This document shows positions 37,083 to 46,642 of a DNA stretch of 64,000 nt, piece after piece. Under the pieces are notes generated by a model. It saw only the letters and a list, made by a program, of their open reading frames with translations. It did not search any database and was not told the origin of the DNA. Origin of the DNA: a virus (Duplodnaviria > Caudoviricetes); the IMG/VR virus record IMGVR_UViG_2675903060_000001, positions 42,864 through 106,863 of that record; one strand, 5' to 3'. The position numbers and the translations under genes are program-made. How positions within the stretch are numbered: position 1 is the stretch's first letter; every line of letters starts with the position of its first letter.

Positions 37083-37481
37083 GTGATCAGAGTCATCTCG
37101 TTCGGGTTCGGTCACGAGCCCCCGCCGCGCGCCGACCTCGTCATCGACGTGCGCGAGCTCCTGCGCAACCCGCACCACGACCCCGCCTTGCGGGAGATGA
37201 CGGGACTGGACGAGCCGGTCCGCCGCCACGTGCTGGACACGCCCGGTGCGCTCGGGCTCCTCCACCACGTGGCGGCCACGGCATCCGCTCTCGCCGCCGA
37301 CCTGGCGCCCCAGAACCGGACGGTCACGGTGGCCTGGGGATGCAGCGGCGGGCGGCACCGCGCCGCCGCCCTCGCCGAGGAAACCGCCGATCTGCTGTGG
37401 GCGTCGGGCGTGAACATCGTCCACGTCGAGCACCGCGACGTGGACAAACCCCTCCTCGCCCCGCAGGAGGTGCAGGCATGA
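37083..37481 (+). CDS. Stand-alone RapZ C-terminal-like domain protein
   Basis: VISFGFGH...ADLVIDVR..LRNPH.DPALR.MTGLD..V...GCSGGRHR...VEHRDV. Confidence 0.88.
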   Translation: MIRVISFGFGHEPPPRADLVIDVRELLRNPHHDPALREMTGLDEPVRRHVLDTPGALGLLHHVAATASALAADLAPQNRTVTVAWGCSGGRHRAAALAEETADLLWASGVNIVHVEHRDVDKPLLAPQEVQA

Positions 37482-38026
37482 AGACCTGCGACAACACCAG
37501 CGTCGGAGCCCTCATCTTCGACCAGCAGGGGCGGCTGCTCGTGTTCGACCGCAACACCGACCCGCCCGGCGTCGCCGGCCCGGCCGGGCACGTGGACGAC
37601 CACGGCGGCCCTATGGACGCCGTCTGCACGGAGGTGTTCGAGGAGGTCGGGCTGACCGTCATGTCGGCCGAGCTGGTCACGGGCGGCTGGCACCCGAACC
37701 AGTGCCGCCGCCTGCCCGGCCCGCGCGGGGTCGGCCACCAGTGGCAAATCTTCCGCGTCGAGGTCGCCGGGGAGCTGAACCCGAGCACGCGGGAGACCCG
37801 CAACGCGCGCTGGGCCGACCGTGTCGAGCTCCAGTCGCTGACGCATCGCACGATCGACTACGCCTGCGGGTGGCTCGCCTACGAGGAGTTCCGCGCCCGG
37901 CCGGGGATCGAGCCGGTGTGGCTGCCGACGCTCGTCGCCGTGGGCCTGGTGGACGTGGCGCCGGAGCAGATGGCGCTGTTCAAGGAACTCATCGCGCGGC
38001 CCCTTCCGCAGGGGGATCGCGCATGA
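37478..38026 (+). CDS. NUDIX hydrolase
   Basis: SVGALIFDQQGRLL...AGHVDD...AVCTEVFEEVGL Nudix box. Confidence 0.85.
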   Translation: MKTCDNTSVGALIFDQQGRLLVFDRNTDPPGVAGPAGHVDDHGGPMDAVCTEVFEEVGLTVMSAELVTGGWHPNQCRRLPGPRGVGHQWQIFRVEVAGELNPSTRETRNARWADRVELQSLTHRTIDYACGWLAYEEFRARPGIEPVWLPTLVAVGLVDVAPEQMALFKELIARPLPQGDRA

Positions 38027-38361
38027 GCGGCGAGGTCATCACCCGCTACGCCAACCGGGCTGGCGCGGTCGTCGAGCTGCACCACCAGCGGTTCACCACG
38101 AAGACCGATTATCGGGGCTACTACCACGACGAGACGTCGTTCGAGCTGAGCGGCTTCAACTGGCGCTGCTTGGGATGCGGTGTCACCGGGTGCAGCGACA
38201 TCTACAAGGACCGTGCGTACCGCGACCTCGACAAGGCTCGCGCGGGTGGGCAGGAGCACGCCGACGCCTGCTCGGCGCTGCCACCCGAGGAGGAGCAGGA
38301 GGAACAGCGGCGACGCGGACTGTCCGCGTGGGTGTCCGGTCTTCTCGGGGGAGGGTCTTGA
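38023..38361 (+). CDS. Hypothetical protein with CxxC...HxxxC motif
   Basis: WRCLGCG...ARAGGQEHADACSALP. Confidence 0.65.
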   Translation: MSGEVITRYANRAGAVVELHHQRFTTKTDYRGYYHDETSFELSGFNWRCLGCGVTGCSDIYKDRAYRDLDKARAGGQEHADACSALPPEEEQEEQRRRGLSAWVSGLLGGGS

Positions 38362-38531
38362 TGTCCACCACTTCGGCTCGCCCAAAGCGTTCGCCGCTGG
38401 TCGCCGACGTCTTGTATGGCGTCGCGGGCGCGCTCGCCACCCTCGCGGTCGTCACCTACGCGGTGGCGGCCGTCACCGGCCGCACCACCAACCCCCTCGA
38501 CCAGGCCGACAGGAGTCCCCGGTCATGCTGA
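38361..38531 (+). CDS. Small single-TM protein
   Basis: TGATG coupling; one hydrophobic segment. Confidence 0.5.
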   Translation: MSTTSARPKRSPLVADVLYGVAGALATLAVVTYAVAAVTGRTTNPLDQADRSPRSC

Positions 38532-39379
38532 TCCTTCCCTTCGCCGACATCCCCGGCAACACCCACCACGTCTCCGAGGACAACCCCGCCTACGTCACCC
38601 ACGCCGATCAGTACCGGATGAGCTGGGCCACCATCATCGAGCGGAGCCACCCGAACTGGGACGCGCTCACCGAGGGCTTCGTCGAGGAGTACCGGCCGAC
38701 CGACACGTTCGGCGTCGCCGGTGCGGAGAGCCAGGAGCACTCCCTGATCTGGCTCGGCCCGGCCGACGTCATCGCCCGGCTCCAGGCCAACCCGGTCGAT
38801 GTTCCGTGGTCGGAGTTCAACCAGCACGGCATCTGGGCCGACCGGTGGCCGAACGGCGACGCGTGGAACGCGCTGATCCCGCGCACCACGTGGAACCCGG
38901 ACGGCCAGGGCGTCGTCACCGAGTACCCGTTCGAGGACGGCAACGGCAGCGTCGTCGTGTACGAGATGCTCGGCCGGCCCGCGCTGCTGTCGCCGGGAGT
39001 GAGCGAGTCGCCGGAGGGGCCGACTCCGCTGGTTACCTGGCACTGCACCCGGTGCCACGAGGAAGGCGACAGCCGCGACCGGTTCATGTCGGCCGCCCCG
39101 TCCGACCGGCGGACGGTGTGCATGAAGGCGCGGAAGCACATGCGGCCGGGCCAGTGCCGGGCCGAGGAGGCCAACGCCCGCGGCGACCGCATGGTGGCGG
39201 TCGTGCAGGAGGTGTTCGGTCGGCCCGTGACCGGCAACACCGCGGGCCTGTACGCAGCCCAGTGCGCGACGAAGGACCTCGACCCGAACGGGATCATGAT
39301 GACCAGCTCGTGCGCCGAGGTCAGCGAGGCACGGACGCACACCGACCGGCACCGCGTGGCGATTGGCGGCGGAAGCTGA
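38525..39379 (+). CDS. Hypothetical protein
   Basis: AGGAG RBS; WHCTRCH motif. Confidence 0.7.
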   Translation: MLILPFADIPGNTHHVSEDNPAYVTHADQYRMSWATIIERSHPNWDALTEGFVEEYRPTDTFGVAGAESQEHSLIWLGPADVIARLQANPVDVPWSEFNQHGIWADRWPNGDAWNALIPRTTWNPDGQGVVTEYPFEDGNGSVVVYEMLGRPALLSPGVSESPEGPTPLVTWHCTRCHEEGDSRDRFMSAAPSDRRTVCMKARKHMRPGQCRAEEANARGDRMVAVVQEVFGRPVTGNTAGLYAAQCATKDLDPNGIMMTSSCAEVSEARTHTDRHRVAIGGGS

Positions 39380-39705
39380 TGCCGTACGTGCACACGGACG
39401 GGCGGCCGGCCGGGGCCCGGATCACGCCGGAGACGCATCCGGGCAGGTGGCTGCCGGAGGATGTGGCGCTGTTCCGGCAGGGCCTCTGCTGCCACGTCAC
39501 CGAGCAGGGCAACTGGACCGGGACCACACACTGCGGTAAGCCGTCCGACCCGGAGGCGGACTTCGGCTACTGCACGGAGGACGCGCTGCGCAGCGAGGAC
39601 GAGGGCGGCGCGAACTGGTGGTCCGGCTTGGGCGAGGAGCACGAAGACCCGTCCATCGACTGGAAGCGTGACCCGGCCCTGCTGGAGCAGCACGCACAAG
39701 GATGA
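39379..39705 (+). CDS. Small Cys-containing hypothetical protein
   Basis: TGATG coupling; LCC...HCGKP...YC. Confidence 0.6.
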   Translation: MPYVHTDGRPAGARITPETHPGRWLPEDVALFRQGLCCHVTEQGNWTGTTHCGKPSDPEADFGYCTEDALRSEDEGGANWWSGLGEEHEDPSIDWKRDPALLEQHAQG

Positions 39706-40009
39706 TCCGATCTTCCGACCAATCGGAATGATCAAGCAAGAGTGCAGGTCACAGGGCTAGTCGTGGCCTAGTGGACAGATCCAAGCAGGCGACCATATGG
39801 TGTCAGGCGACGCGCGTTGATCGCGTCTCTTGCGCCGCTATCCGAGGTGATCGTTTCGGAGAGCGGCGCGGAGACGCGATCATCCGGCCGCCAGCCCCTC
39901 AAGGTCGCGCGGGAAGGGCCTTACATGATCGAGAACACGGAAAGTTGTGGCGCGACACGCCCGCGTGTCACTGGAATCGCGAATCGCATCTACGCCATCA
40001 TTGGCCACC

Positions 40010-40249
40010 ATGAGCGGAAGCAGACCCGGACGCGATGCCACGGTGATCTACAAGCACACCATGCGCTACGAGCGGCAGGACGTCCTCGACGCAGTGAGGG
40101 CCCTGGCCGCCAGTCGGGGATCACTGTCACGTGCGGTCGAGGAACTGCTTGCTTCTGCGCTCGGCCTGGGCGACCAGCGCCCGGACGACGAGCAGCAGCA
40201 GCTCACGCTCGGCCAGTCCACACCCCACGACAGGATGGTGGCTGCCTAG
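40010..40249 (+). CDS. Ribbon-helix-helix (CopG-like) protein upstream of rep
   Basis: KHTMRY..QDVLDAVRALAASRGSLSRAVEELLASALG beta-alpha-alpha pattern. Confidence 0.6.
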   Translation: MSGSRPGRDATVIYKHTMRYERQDVLDAVRALAASRGSLSRAVEELLASALGLGDQRPDDEQQQLTLGQSTPHDRMVAA

Positions 40250-40284
40250 CCGAAGGGCAGGCGCTTCACCGTGAAGGAGAACCC

Positions 40285-40320
40285 CTAACAACAAGAAAGC
40301 CCCGCAGAGCGGGGCGTTTC
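40285..40320 (-). terminator. Leftward terminator in rep leader (candidate countertranscript end)
   Basis: GCCCCGC-TCT-GCGGGGC followed by TTTCTTGTTGTT on the minus strand. Confidence 0.55.
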
Positions 40321-40481
40321 TCTGACGAGCGATCCACTACGTCGTTCGGCTCCAGGTTTCCTAGGCCACGAGAGCTGAGCAACAAGGAGGATCGTCCGGC
40401 CGGTTTGACCGCGTCGGCCTGGTTGGCCGCCCGCGGGCTTTGTTGTGCCTCCTGACCCACATCAGAAAGGCAATCGCCATT

Positions 40482-41786
40482 ATGGCATCCGAACGTGCGG
40501 CCATGCCAGCATGCGCCGAAACAGGAACCGTGGCGTGTCGGACACGCGCCACCAAAACGCCCGCGCAGCAGCGTCGTAGCGGCGTTCGCTGGACGGTGCT
40601 CTCCGGCGTGTCGGACCTGCCCGACCTCATGGCCGGGCCGTCGCGGGCGGTCATCGCCGCCGCGGTGCCGCGCGGCATGCGGCGGGCCGGCTCGCAGCAG
40701 GAGTGGCTGCGCACCCTCAAGGAGGACCTGGAGGTCCTGGAGCTCCGGGCCGATGGCTACTCGAACCTGCTGCGGGTCGCGAACCTCATCGTGTGGGCGG
40801 CCGACTGGTCCACGCTGTGCTCGCGGCCGACGATCGCGCGGATCGTGGACGTGACCGGCCTGGCCCGGCCGACCGTGAAGCGGTGGATCAGGTGGCTGCG
40901 GGATCGGGGCTGGCTCGGCGTTGTCGAGCAGGGGAGCACCTGCCGCTTCCGGAAGGGCACGGGCGCGGGCCTGCTGGATGACGGCCTGGGGAACCGGGCC
41001 GCGCTGTGGGTGCTGGCCGTGCCTCGCCGCACCGCTCGTGATCACCGCCAGGAACCGGCCGTTGACCAGCCTGAACAGATAAGTGAACCCCCCTCTGTTT
41101 CTCTCCGTAGGAGAGAAACTAGCTCTCCCACGCGCACGCGCGAGGAAAGATCACCTCGCCGTCGCAGCTCACGCATCTCGCCTACGTGGTCCTTGCACGA
41201 CACGGCCAGGACGAAACGCGACAAGATCGCCCTATGCGAGCGGCTTCGTGCGGAGGACCCGCTCCTGCGGCGCGTCACGGCCTGGTACCTCCGGTGGTGG
41301 CTGGCCCCCTTCATCGATGAGGGGTGGACGGCGGCCGACGTGCTGCATGCGCTGAACGTGCGTCCGGATGACTCGCGGTGGACGTACACGTGGTCGAGCG
41401 CGTCGGAGATCCGGCATGTGCCGGGCTGGGTGCGGCACCGGCTGGCGGCGTGGCTGGACTCCGAGGGGCGGCCGGTGCCGTCGCGGTCGCAGCGGCGTGC
41501 GGCGGCCGACGCCGCCCGGCGGGCGGAGCAGGCGGCGCGGCGGGCGGAGCGGGCGCGGATGGCCGCTGCCGCAGGGTGGCTGGAGGTGCCTGGGCCGCGT
41601 CCGGCGGCCGAGGACGACGGCCACCCCGTCGAGGCGGTGGCGTCCACGCCGGCGGCCGGGCCGAACGCGGCGTGGCGGAAGGCCCGTGCGGAGACCGAGC
41701 GTCGGCGGCGGGAGAAGGAGGCGGCCGAGCTGGCGGCGCTGGCCGCGTGGGAAGCACGGCGGCGGGCTGAGCGGAGGTCGGTGTGA
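40482..41786 (+). CDS. Plasmid replication initiator (HTH Rep, actinobacterial type)
   Basis: ADWSTLCSRPT.ARI...TGLARPTVKRWIRWLRDRGWLGVVEQGST...GNRAALWVL; GWTAADVLHAL; PGWVRHRLAAW. Confidence 0.75.
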   Translation: MASERAAMPACAETGTVACRTRATKTPAQQRRSGVRWTVLSGVSDLPDLMAGPSRAVIAAAVPRGMRRAGSQQEWLRTLKEDLEVLELRADGYSNLLRVANLIVWAADWSTLCSRPTIARIVDVTGLARPTVKRWIRWLRDRGWLGVVEQGSTCRFRKGTGAGLLDDGLGNRAALWVLAVPRRTARDHRQEPAVDQPEQISEPPSVSLRRRETSSPTRTREERSPRRRSSRISPTWSLHDTARTKRDKIALCERLRAEDPLLRRVTAWYLRWWLAPFIDEGWTAADVLHALNVRPDDSRWTYTWSSASEIRHVPGWVRHRLAAWLDSEGRPVPSRSQRRAAADAARRAEQAARRAERARMAAAAGWLEVPGPRPAAEDDGHPVEAVASTPAAGPNAAWRKARAETERRRREKEAAELAALAAWEARRRAERRSV

Positions 41787-42103
41787 TGGCGGACGCGCAG
41801 GCGTGGGCGGCTCTGGCGCGCGAATGGCTGAAGGCGACCTCGCCGCGGGCGGCCCAGGCGATGCGGGAGCAGGAGCAGGAGGCGGCCCGGCGCCGCCGGG
41901 ACTGGCGGCCGGGCGAGCACTGGCGGGGGAAACGCGCCGACGCCGACGCCGCCCAGGAGGTGGAGCAGGTGCGGTGGGCGACGGAGCCCGAGCCGGCGGC
42001 CGGCCCGAGCGAGGAGGAGATCGAGCGGGCACGGACGGCGTTGGAGCGGGAGATGGCGCTGGCGCGGGCTCGTGCTCGTGCCCGGCAGGAGCGGGGGCAG
42101 TGA
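41783..42103 (+). CDS. Hypothetical protein coupled to rep
   Basis: GGAGG RBS; overlaps rep stop. Confidence 0.55.
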   Translation: MMADAQAWAALAREWLKATSPRAAQAMREQEQEAARRRRDWRPGEHWRGKRADADAAQEVEQVRWATEPEPAAGPSEEEIERARTALEREMALARARARARQERGQ

Positions 42104-42110
42104 GTGATTG

Positions 42111-42355
42111 CGTGTCCCGCGACAAGATCGATCTACGTTGTAAAGACCCGCGTGCCGCACAGCCGTCCGGGCGGGTGCCCTGGTCGTGCTGCTCTCCCTG
42201 CCGGTGATACCGGACATGCGGGCAGGATTCCGGCTCTCGATGATGAGGAGCCGCGCCCGGTGCTGTGGGGGAGGGGCGTGCGGTGCGCTGGTCGTGGCGG
42301 GTTTGTGCAGCTCGCTCAGCTTTACGCCGTAGATTCGATCTTGTCGCGGGACACG
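42111..42355. other. Large fold-back element closed by a perfect 21-bp inverted repeat (origin, ssDNA signal or ncRNA candidate)
   Basis: CGTGTCCCGCGACAAGATCGA at 42111-42131 and its reverse complement at 42335-42355, with further nested stems. Confidence 0.7.
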
Positions 42356-42489
42356 GGCTGCGGCCTGGGGGCCGGGCCGGTGGCGCGGGTGGCCGGGAGT
42401 TCCGGCGTTCGGCGGCTCGGCCGAAGCGGCGCGAGACGCGCGGGAAGGTCTTCATGGTCGCCACTCGCAGGCGAACGGCGGTCCGCACG

Positions 42490-42509
42490 TGTTGCCGCTA
42501 CCGCCAACG
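42490..42509. repeat. Dispersed palindrome, copy 5 (TGTTGCCGCTACCGCCAACG)
   Basis: Intergenic, upstream of the accessory array. Confidence 0.65.
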
Positions 42510-42666
42510 ATGATCTTGGCGGAGAATCGCTCTCAGACAAGATCATTAACGTCTGAACTGCACCTATGCCTTACATATACATACGTGCGCGAAGTGGTAG
42601 ACTGGAGACAGCACCACACAAGATCAAAACAGGCAGTGACCAGGCCAAACCCCCGAAGGAGCCACC

Positions 42667-43554
42667 GTGAACCTGCCCCCGATCATCCACCGCGTCCCCA
42701 CCGGCCGTCCCAGCCCCGCCGACATCGGCGACGCCAACCGCGACATCGACCCCCTCGAACAGGTCCGCCTCGTCGCCAACGCGCTCGTCCAGGAACTCAC
42801 CGAGTACCACCACCCGTGGATTCCCCTCTTCCAGGTCCGCGACGCCGCCACCAACCTCCTGACGGGCGACCACGCCACCGGCACGTGGCACGAACGCACC
42901 TCCGCCGTCTACGCGGACCTGGAGCGGGGCCTGCTGGACGGCAGCCTGTACGACCTCGCCGAGAACGAGGGCGACGCCACCACCACGGTCCACGCCGGTC
43001 GCGTGGCCAGCCTCGCCGCCACCGAGCACCTGCGCCGCCACGACACCCCCGCCTGGGAGGTCGTCCACGAGGTCTGGGCGGAGACGCTGTGCCGCGCCCT
43101 CGACTACCTCGCCGCCAACGGCCACGGCCGGAACCTGCCCCGCATGTTCGAGGCATTCGACGCTCTCGACCACTACGACGCCGCCACCGGCAAGGCCCTC
43201 ATCCAGCACCTGACCGCCGTCCCCGCCGACGACATCGCCACCATCACCCCCTCCCAGGTCCTCGCCGACGCGCGGGCCGCCGGCGCCCGCCCCGAGCACG
43301 TCCTGGACGCCACTGCGGTCGCCATCACGTCGGTGCTGGCACCGGTGGCGGGCTGCAACTTCCACGACATGCTGCCCGACGCGGCGGCCGACGTGCGGTC
43401 GTCGGCGCACCGCTGGCTGGACGAGACGCACGACATCGACGCCTACGCGGACGGGTTCACCTACGAGGGCCTGTCCGAGCAGCAGGTGTCCGGGATGCTC
43501 GACCACGTCGCGGAGTTCGCCCGCATGTACGACTGGTACGCCGACCAGCGATAG
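42667..43554 (+). CDS. Acidic hypothetical protein, first gene of accessory array
   Basis: GAAGGAG RBS; TG-G-TAGACT extended -10 candidate at ~42595-42603. Confidence 0.75.
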   Translation: MNLPPIIHRVPTGRPSPADIGDANRDIDPLEQVRLVANALVQELTEYHHPWIPLFQVRDAATNLLTGDHATGTWHERTSAVYADLERGLLDGSLYDLAENEGDATTTVHAGRVASLAATEHLRRHDTPAWEVVHEVWAETLCRALDYLAANGHGRNLPRMFEAFDALDHYDAATGKALIQHLTAVPADDIATITPSQVLADARAAGARPEHVLDATAVAITSVLAPVAGCNFHDMLPDAAADVRSSAHRWLDETHDIDAYADGFTYEGLSEQQVSGMLDHVAEFARMYDWYADQR

Positions 43555-43556
43555 TT

Positions 43557-43576
43557 CGTTGGCGGTTCCGCCAACA
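43557..43576. repeat. Dispersed palindrome, copy 6 (CGTTGGCGGTTCCGCCAACA)
   Basis: Starts 2 nt after a stop codon. Confidence 0.85.
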
Positions 43577-43782
43577 AATCTCCAAACGCGTAGCGGCCGA
43601 ACCCACGCCACATGGGTTCGGCCGCTCATAGCAACAACTGACCTACCACGCCCCCACCACGAAGGCGTGCCCCGCGCCGGAATCGGCATCAGGGAGAACA
43701 ACCAGTGCTCCCACGATAACGCACCGCGCGGCCCGCACGACAACACCGAACCCGATCACCGCCCGACGCGATGGGAGACCCC

Positions 43783-44073
43783 ATGTCCTACTTCGAGGAC
43801 GACTACGGCACCGAGATGGAAGCGATCGAGGACGAGCGGCGCAACGCCGACCTGGAGCAGGCCCAGATGGAGCGCGAGGGCAACCGCCTCGCCGCCCTCC
43901 GCAGGCGGGGCATCTGCACGCACGGCTCGGTCGTCGGCTACGTCGGCAAGGTCATCTACCCCGAGCAGGAGGGACTGCAGCCGGGCCAGTCCCGCTGCAC
44001 CGAGGGCACCGGCGGCTGCAAGCGGATCTTCAACTCCGACGCCGAGTGGTACGCCGCCCAGGACGCGCTGTGA
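43783..44073 (+). CDS. Small acidic/Cys protein
   Basis: GGGAG RBS; CTH...RC.....GC. Confidence 0.7.
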   Translation: MSYFEDDYGTEMEAIEDERRNADLEQAQMEREGNRLAALRRRGICTHGSVVGYVGKVIYPEQEGLQPGQSRCTEGTGGCKRIFNSDAEWYAAQDAL

Positions 44074-44216
44074 CCGCCCTGTTCGATCTCGACCAGCCGT
44101 GCCCCAAGTGCGGCGCCGCCGCGGGCGTCGAGTGTGACCCCGACTGCCTGCTCATGCAGGACCCCGCCGACTGGTTCGACGGCCTAGAGATCTCCGACGC
44201 CGACCCTGGCCTGTGA
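44070..44216 (+). CDS. 48-aa Zn-finger-like protein (not in ORF track)
   Basis: GTGA overlap; CPKCGAAAGVECDPDC. Confidence 0.6.
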   Translation: MTALFDLDQPCPKCGAAAGVECDPDCLLMQDPADWFDGLEISDADPGL

Positions 44217-44230
44217 CAAGGAGGACCGTG

Positions 44231-44884
44231 ATGGACAAGCTCGTCGCGACCGGCAACCCGATCGTGGACGCCTACCTGAAGGTCGCCCGCGCCATGCTGG
44301 TGCCGCAGGCCATGCTCGAAGCCGCCGAAACCGTTCTCGACCGGGCGCAACAGGCCGACGCCGAGAAGCACGGGTTCCACGGCACGGCCGAGCGCCGCCA
44401 GCGAGCCGAGCGCGCCTACGACGAGGCCAACCGGCAGGCGTGCGCGGCCCGCCGTCCCGAGGATCACGCGAAGGAGTCCGCACGCGACGCTGACCCCCAC
44501 CTGTACGCCCTTGCCGCGGCTGAGGTCGAACGCATGTGGGAGTCGTTCTACGCCCGCAAGTACAGCACCGACCCGGCCCCCAGGTGGAGCGCCGACTGGC
44601 AGGCCAAGGCGCTGTCCACGGTGCCGACCCGGTGGGACGAGCTGGAGCCCGGCGCCGAGATCCACCTCACATACGAGACCACCGGGCAGACCATCGTGTG
44701 GCGGTTCGCCGGACTCGGCGACGTCCACCCCGACAACTCCGATCTGCGGATCGCCCGCTACACCGAGCACGGCTCGTGGCGGGACTCCGGCCAGGTTGTC
44801 GAGCTCGCCGTGCCGCCGGGCAACCGTGTGGCGGCGCACGTGAAGACGCCGCACATGACGATCGTCTCGTCGGGGCGGTTCTGA
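44231..44884 (+). CDS. Hypothetical protein
   Basis: AAGGAGG RBS. Confidence 0.7.
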   Translation: MDKLVATGNPIVDAYLKVARAMLVPQAMLEAAETVLDRAQQADAEKHGFHGTAERRQRAERAYDEANRQACAARRPEDHAKESARDADPHLYALAAAEVERMWESFYARKYSTDPAPRWSADWQAKALSTVPTRWDELEPGAEIHLTYETTGQTIVWRFAGLGDVHPDNSDLRIARYTEHGSWRDSGQVVELAVPPGNRVAAHVKTPHMTIVSSGRF

Positions 44885-45036
44885 TGCCTGAGTGGATTCG
44901 CGACGACCTGGTCAACCTGGCCGCCGTCATCGGGGTCGCCCTGGACGACCCGGCCGCTGACCACACGGCCATGCTCCAGCACGCCCACGAGGACCTGAAG
45001 CGCATCCTCGCCGAGGACGGGCGGGACAGCCGATGA
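44884..45036 (+). CDS. Small hypothetical protein
   Basis: Translationally coupled on both sides. Confidence 0.5.
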   Translation: MPEWIRDDLVNLAAVIGVALDDPAADHTAMLQHAHEDLKRILAEDGRDSR

Positions 45037-45656
45037 ACCTCACCTCGAAAATCGACGCCTGCAAGGCGCTCATCCACCACCCCAAAACCCCCGAGGAGGA
45101 ACGCGAGGCCGCCCGCCGCCTCCTGGTCCGCCTCCAGGCCCGCGCCCAGCGCGACGGCCACAACGACGGCGCCGCGCCCGGCACGCCCGGCTACCACGGG
45201 CCAGGCCGCCGCGCGTACGGGGCCAAGTACACCGGCTACATCCGGTCCGCCGCGCTGACCAAACTCATCCGCGCCGACATCGCCGTCCTGCGCAAGCTCG
45301 GGCGCCAGCCGGCCAGGCCGGGCGAGGTGAAGGCGCCCGAACCGATCGGGGACGCCCCCGCGAGCATCCGCTTCTCAGTGAAGAAGGACGACTACGCGGG
45401 CGGCCGGTCGATCGACATCACCATCACGGGCGTGCCCGCCGACTGGTGGATCGACCAGCCGGACCCCTACGACTCGACCATGAAGTGGCGGAAGGCCGGG
45501 CCGCAGCTCACCGCACTGAAGGAAGCCCTTCAAGAGATCACGTGGGCGTACAACTACGACGGCTCCGACCTGCTCACGGACTACCACGACCGCAACTTCT
45601 ACGACCACTACCGGGCAGACGGCCACGGCGAGGGCGACTACCCGCGCGACATCTGA
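45033..45656 (+). CDS. DUF2786-like N-terminus + LPD29-like (polyvalent-protein-associated) domain
   Basis: KI...KAL..HPKTPEEEREAA; IRFSVK...YAGGRSIDI...YNYDGSD..TDY.D.NFY. Confidence 0.65.
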   Translation: MNLTSKIDACKALIHHPKTPEEEREAARRLLVRLQARAQRDGHNDGAAPGTPGYHGPGRRAYGAKYTGYIRSAALTKLIRADIAVLRKLGRQPARPGEVKAPEPIGDAPASIRFSVKKDDYAGGRSIDITITGVPADWWIDQPDPYDSTMKWRKAGPQLTALKEALQEITWAYNYDGSDLLTDYHDRNFYDHYRADGHGEGDYPRDI

Positions 45657-45658
45657 CC

Positions 45659-45719
45659 TGCTGGCGCTGACGCGCCACCGTCAGCGCCAGCACCCCACCA
45701 CCACCGAGGAAGGCGAACG
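45659..45719 (+). promoter_or_regulatory. Hairpin + CCCCACCACCAC + AGGA gene leader (representative copy)
   Basis: Same architecture before genes at 48476, 50660, 54588, 55302 and 55728; partial at 47368 and 57214. Confidence 0.75.
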
Positions 45720-46004
45720 ATGACCTACCCGCCACTGCCAGCCGAACCCACCTGGGCCGACCTCGTCCCCGGCGACCGGATCGACCTGACCAACAGCACG
45801 AACCCCGACATCCGCTTCACGTGGACCATCCGCGCCGCCGTCGAGCCCATCACCGACAGGCCCGGCCACGTGACCGTGCCGTTCTACTCCAGCACCGACC
45901 CCACCCGGCCGCAGACGTTCCCCGAGCAGGGCGACCGGCTCGTGACCGACATCGGCGGGTGCGAGGTGGCTGTCCGGCCCTCTCCGGAGCGGAGGGCGCG
46001 ATGA
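45720..46004 (+). CDS. Hypothetical protein
   Basis: Leader motif + RBS; WADLVPGDRI. Confidence 0.65.
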   Translation: MTYPPLPAEPTWADLVPGDRIDLTNSTNPDIRFTWTIRAAVEPITDRPGHVTVPFYSSTDPTRPQTFPEQGDRLVTDIGGCEVAVRPSPERRAR

Positions 46005-46642
46005 GCCGCCACCAGGACCTGCTGACCACGAAAGCGCTGCTGACGAGGTGGGACCTCACCCGCGGCTGCGACGATGCCCAGCTCACGGTCAAGCTCGTCC
46101 GCGACCGCTGGTCGCTCCTCGTCCTCTACAGCGGAGACACGCCGACCAGCGCGTGGGTGCTGCCGCCGGGCGGCGCCGACTACGACAGCATCGACGTGCC
46201 TCACGTCGATCGGTGGATGAAGTGCAGCTCGGAGGAGATGGCGCTGTACGAGATCGGCGAGCGCGTCACCGTGGGCGGCCGGGCCGGGACCGTCGTCGGC
46301 TTCGGGCTGGAGGAGCGGCCCCCGGCCGCCGGCCCGTGGCGGTTCCGGCTCCGGGTCGTGTACGACGACGGCGTGGACGGCGACCCGCGCCCGGCCAGCG
46401 TTGTGCATCTCGCTCCGGCTCCGGCTGAGGCGGGGGAGTGCGAGGGCTGGCTGTGCGGCGAGGTCGGCGCGCTGATGTGTCTCACCCGCGCGTACGGCGT
46501 CCACGACGGCCCGATCGAGCGGAAGACGCTGTGCGAGTTCCACGCCAAGCACGGGGACCGGCGGCTGACCGTCGTCCGGGTCCTGCACGAAATCGTCACC
46601 CAGGCCGTCGCAGTGGCGGCCGACGATCGGAGGAAGGCATGA
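46001..46642 (+). CDS. Hypothetical protein
   Basis: ATGA overlap; YEIGERVTV SH3-like segment and Cys-rich end. Confidence 0.65.
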   Translation: MSRHQDLLTTKALLTRWDLTRGCDDAQLTVKLVRDRWSLLVLYSGDTPTSAWVLPPGGADYDSIDVPHVDRWMKCSSEEMALYEIGERVTVGGRAGTVVGFGLEERPPAAGPWRFRLRVVYDDGVDGDPRPASVVHLAPAPAEAGECEGWLCGEVGALMCLTRAYGVHDGPIERKTLCEFHAKHGDRRLTVVRVLHEIVTQAVAVAADDRRKA

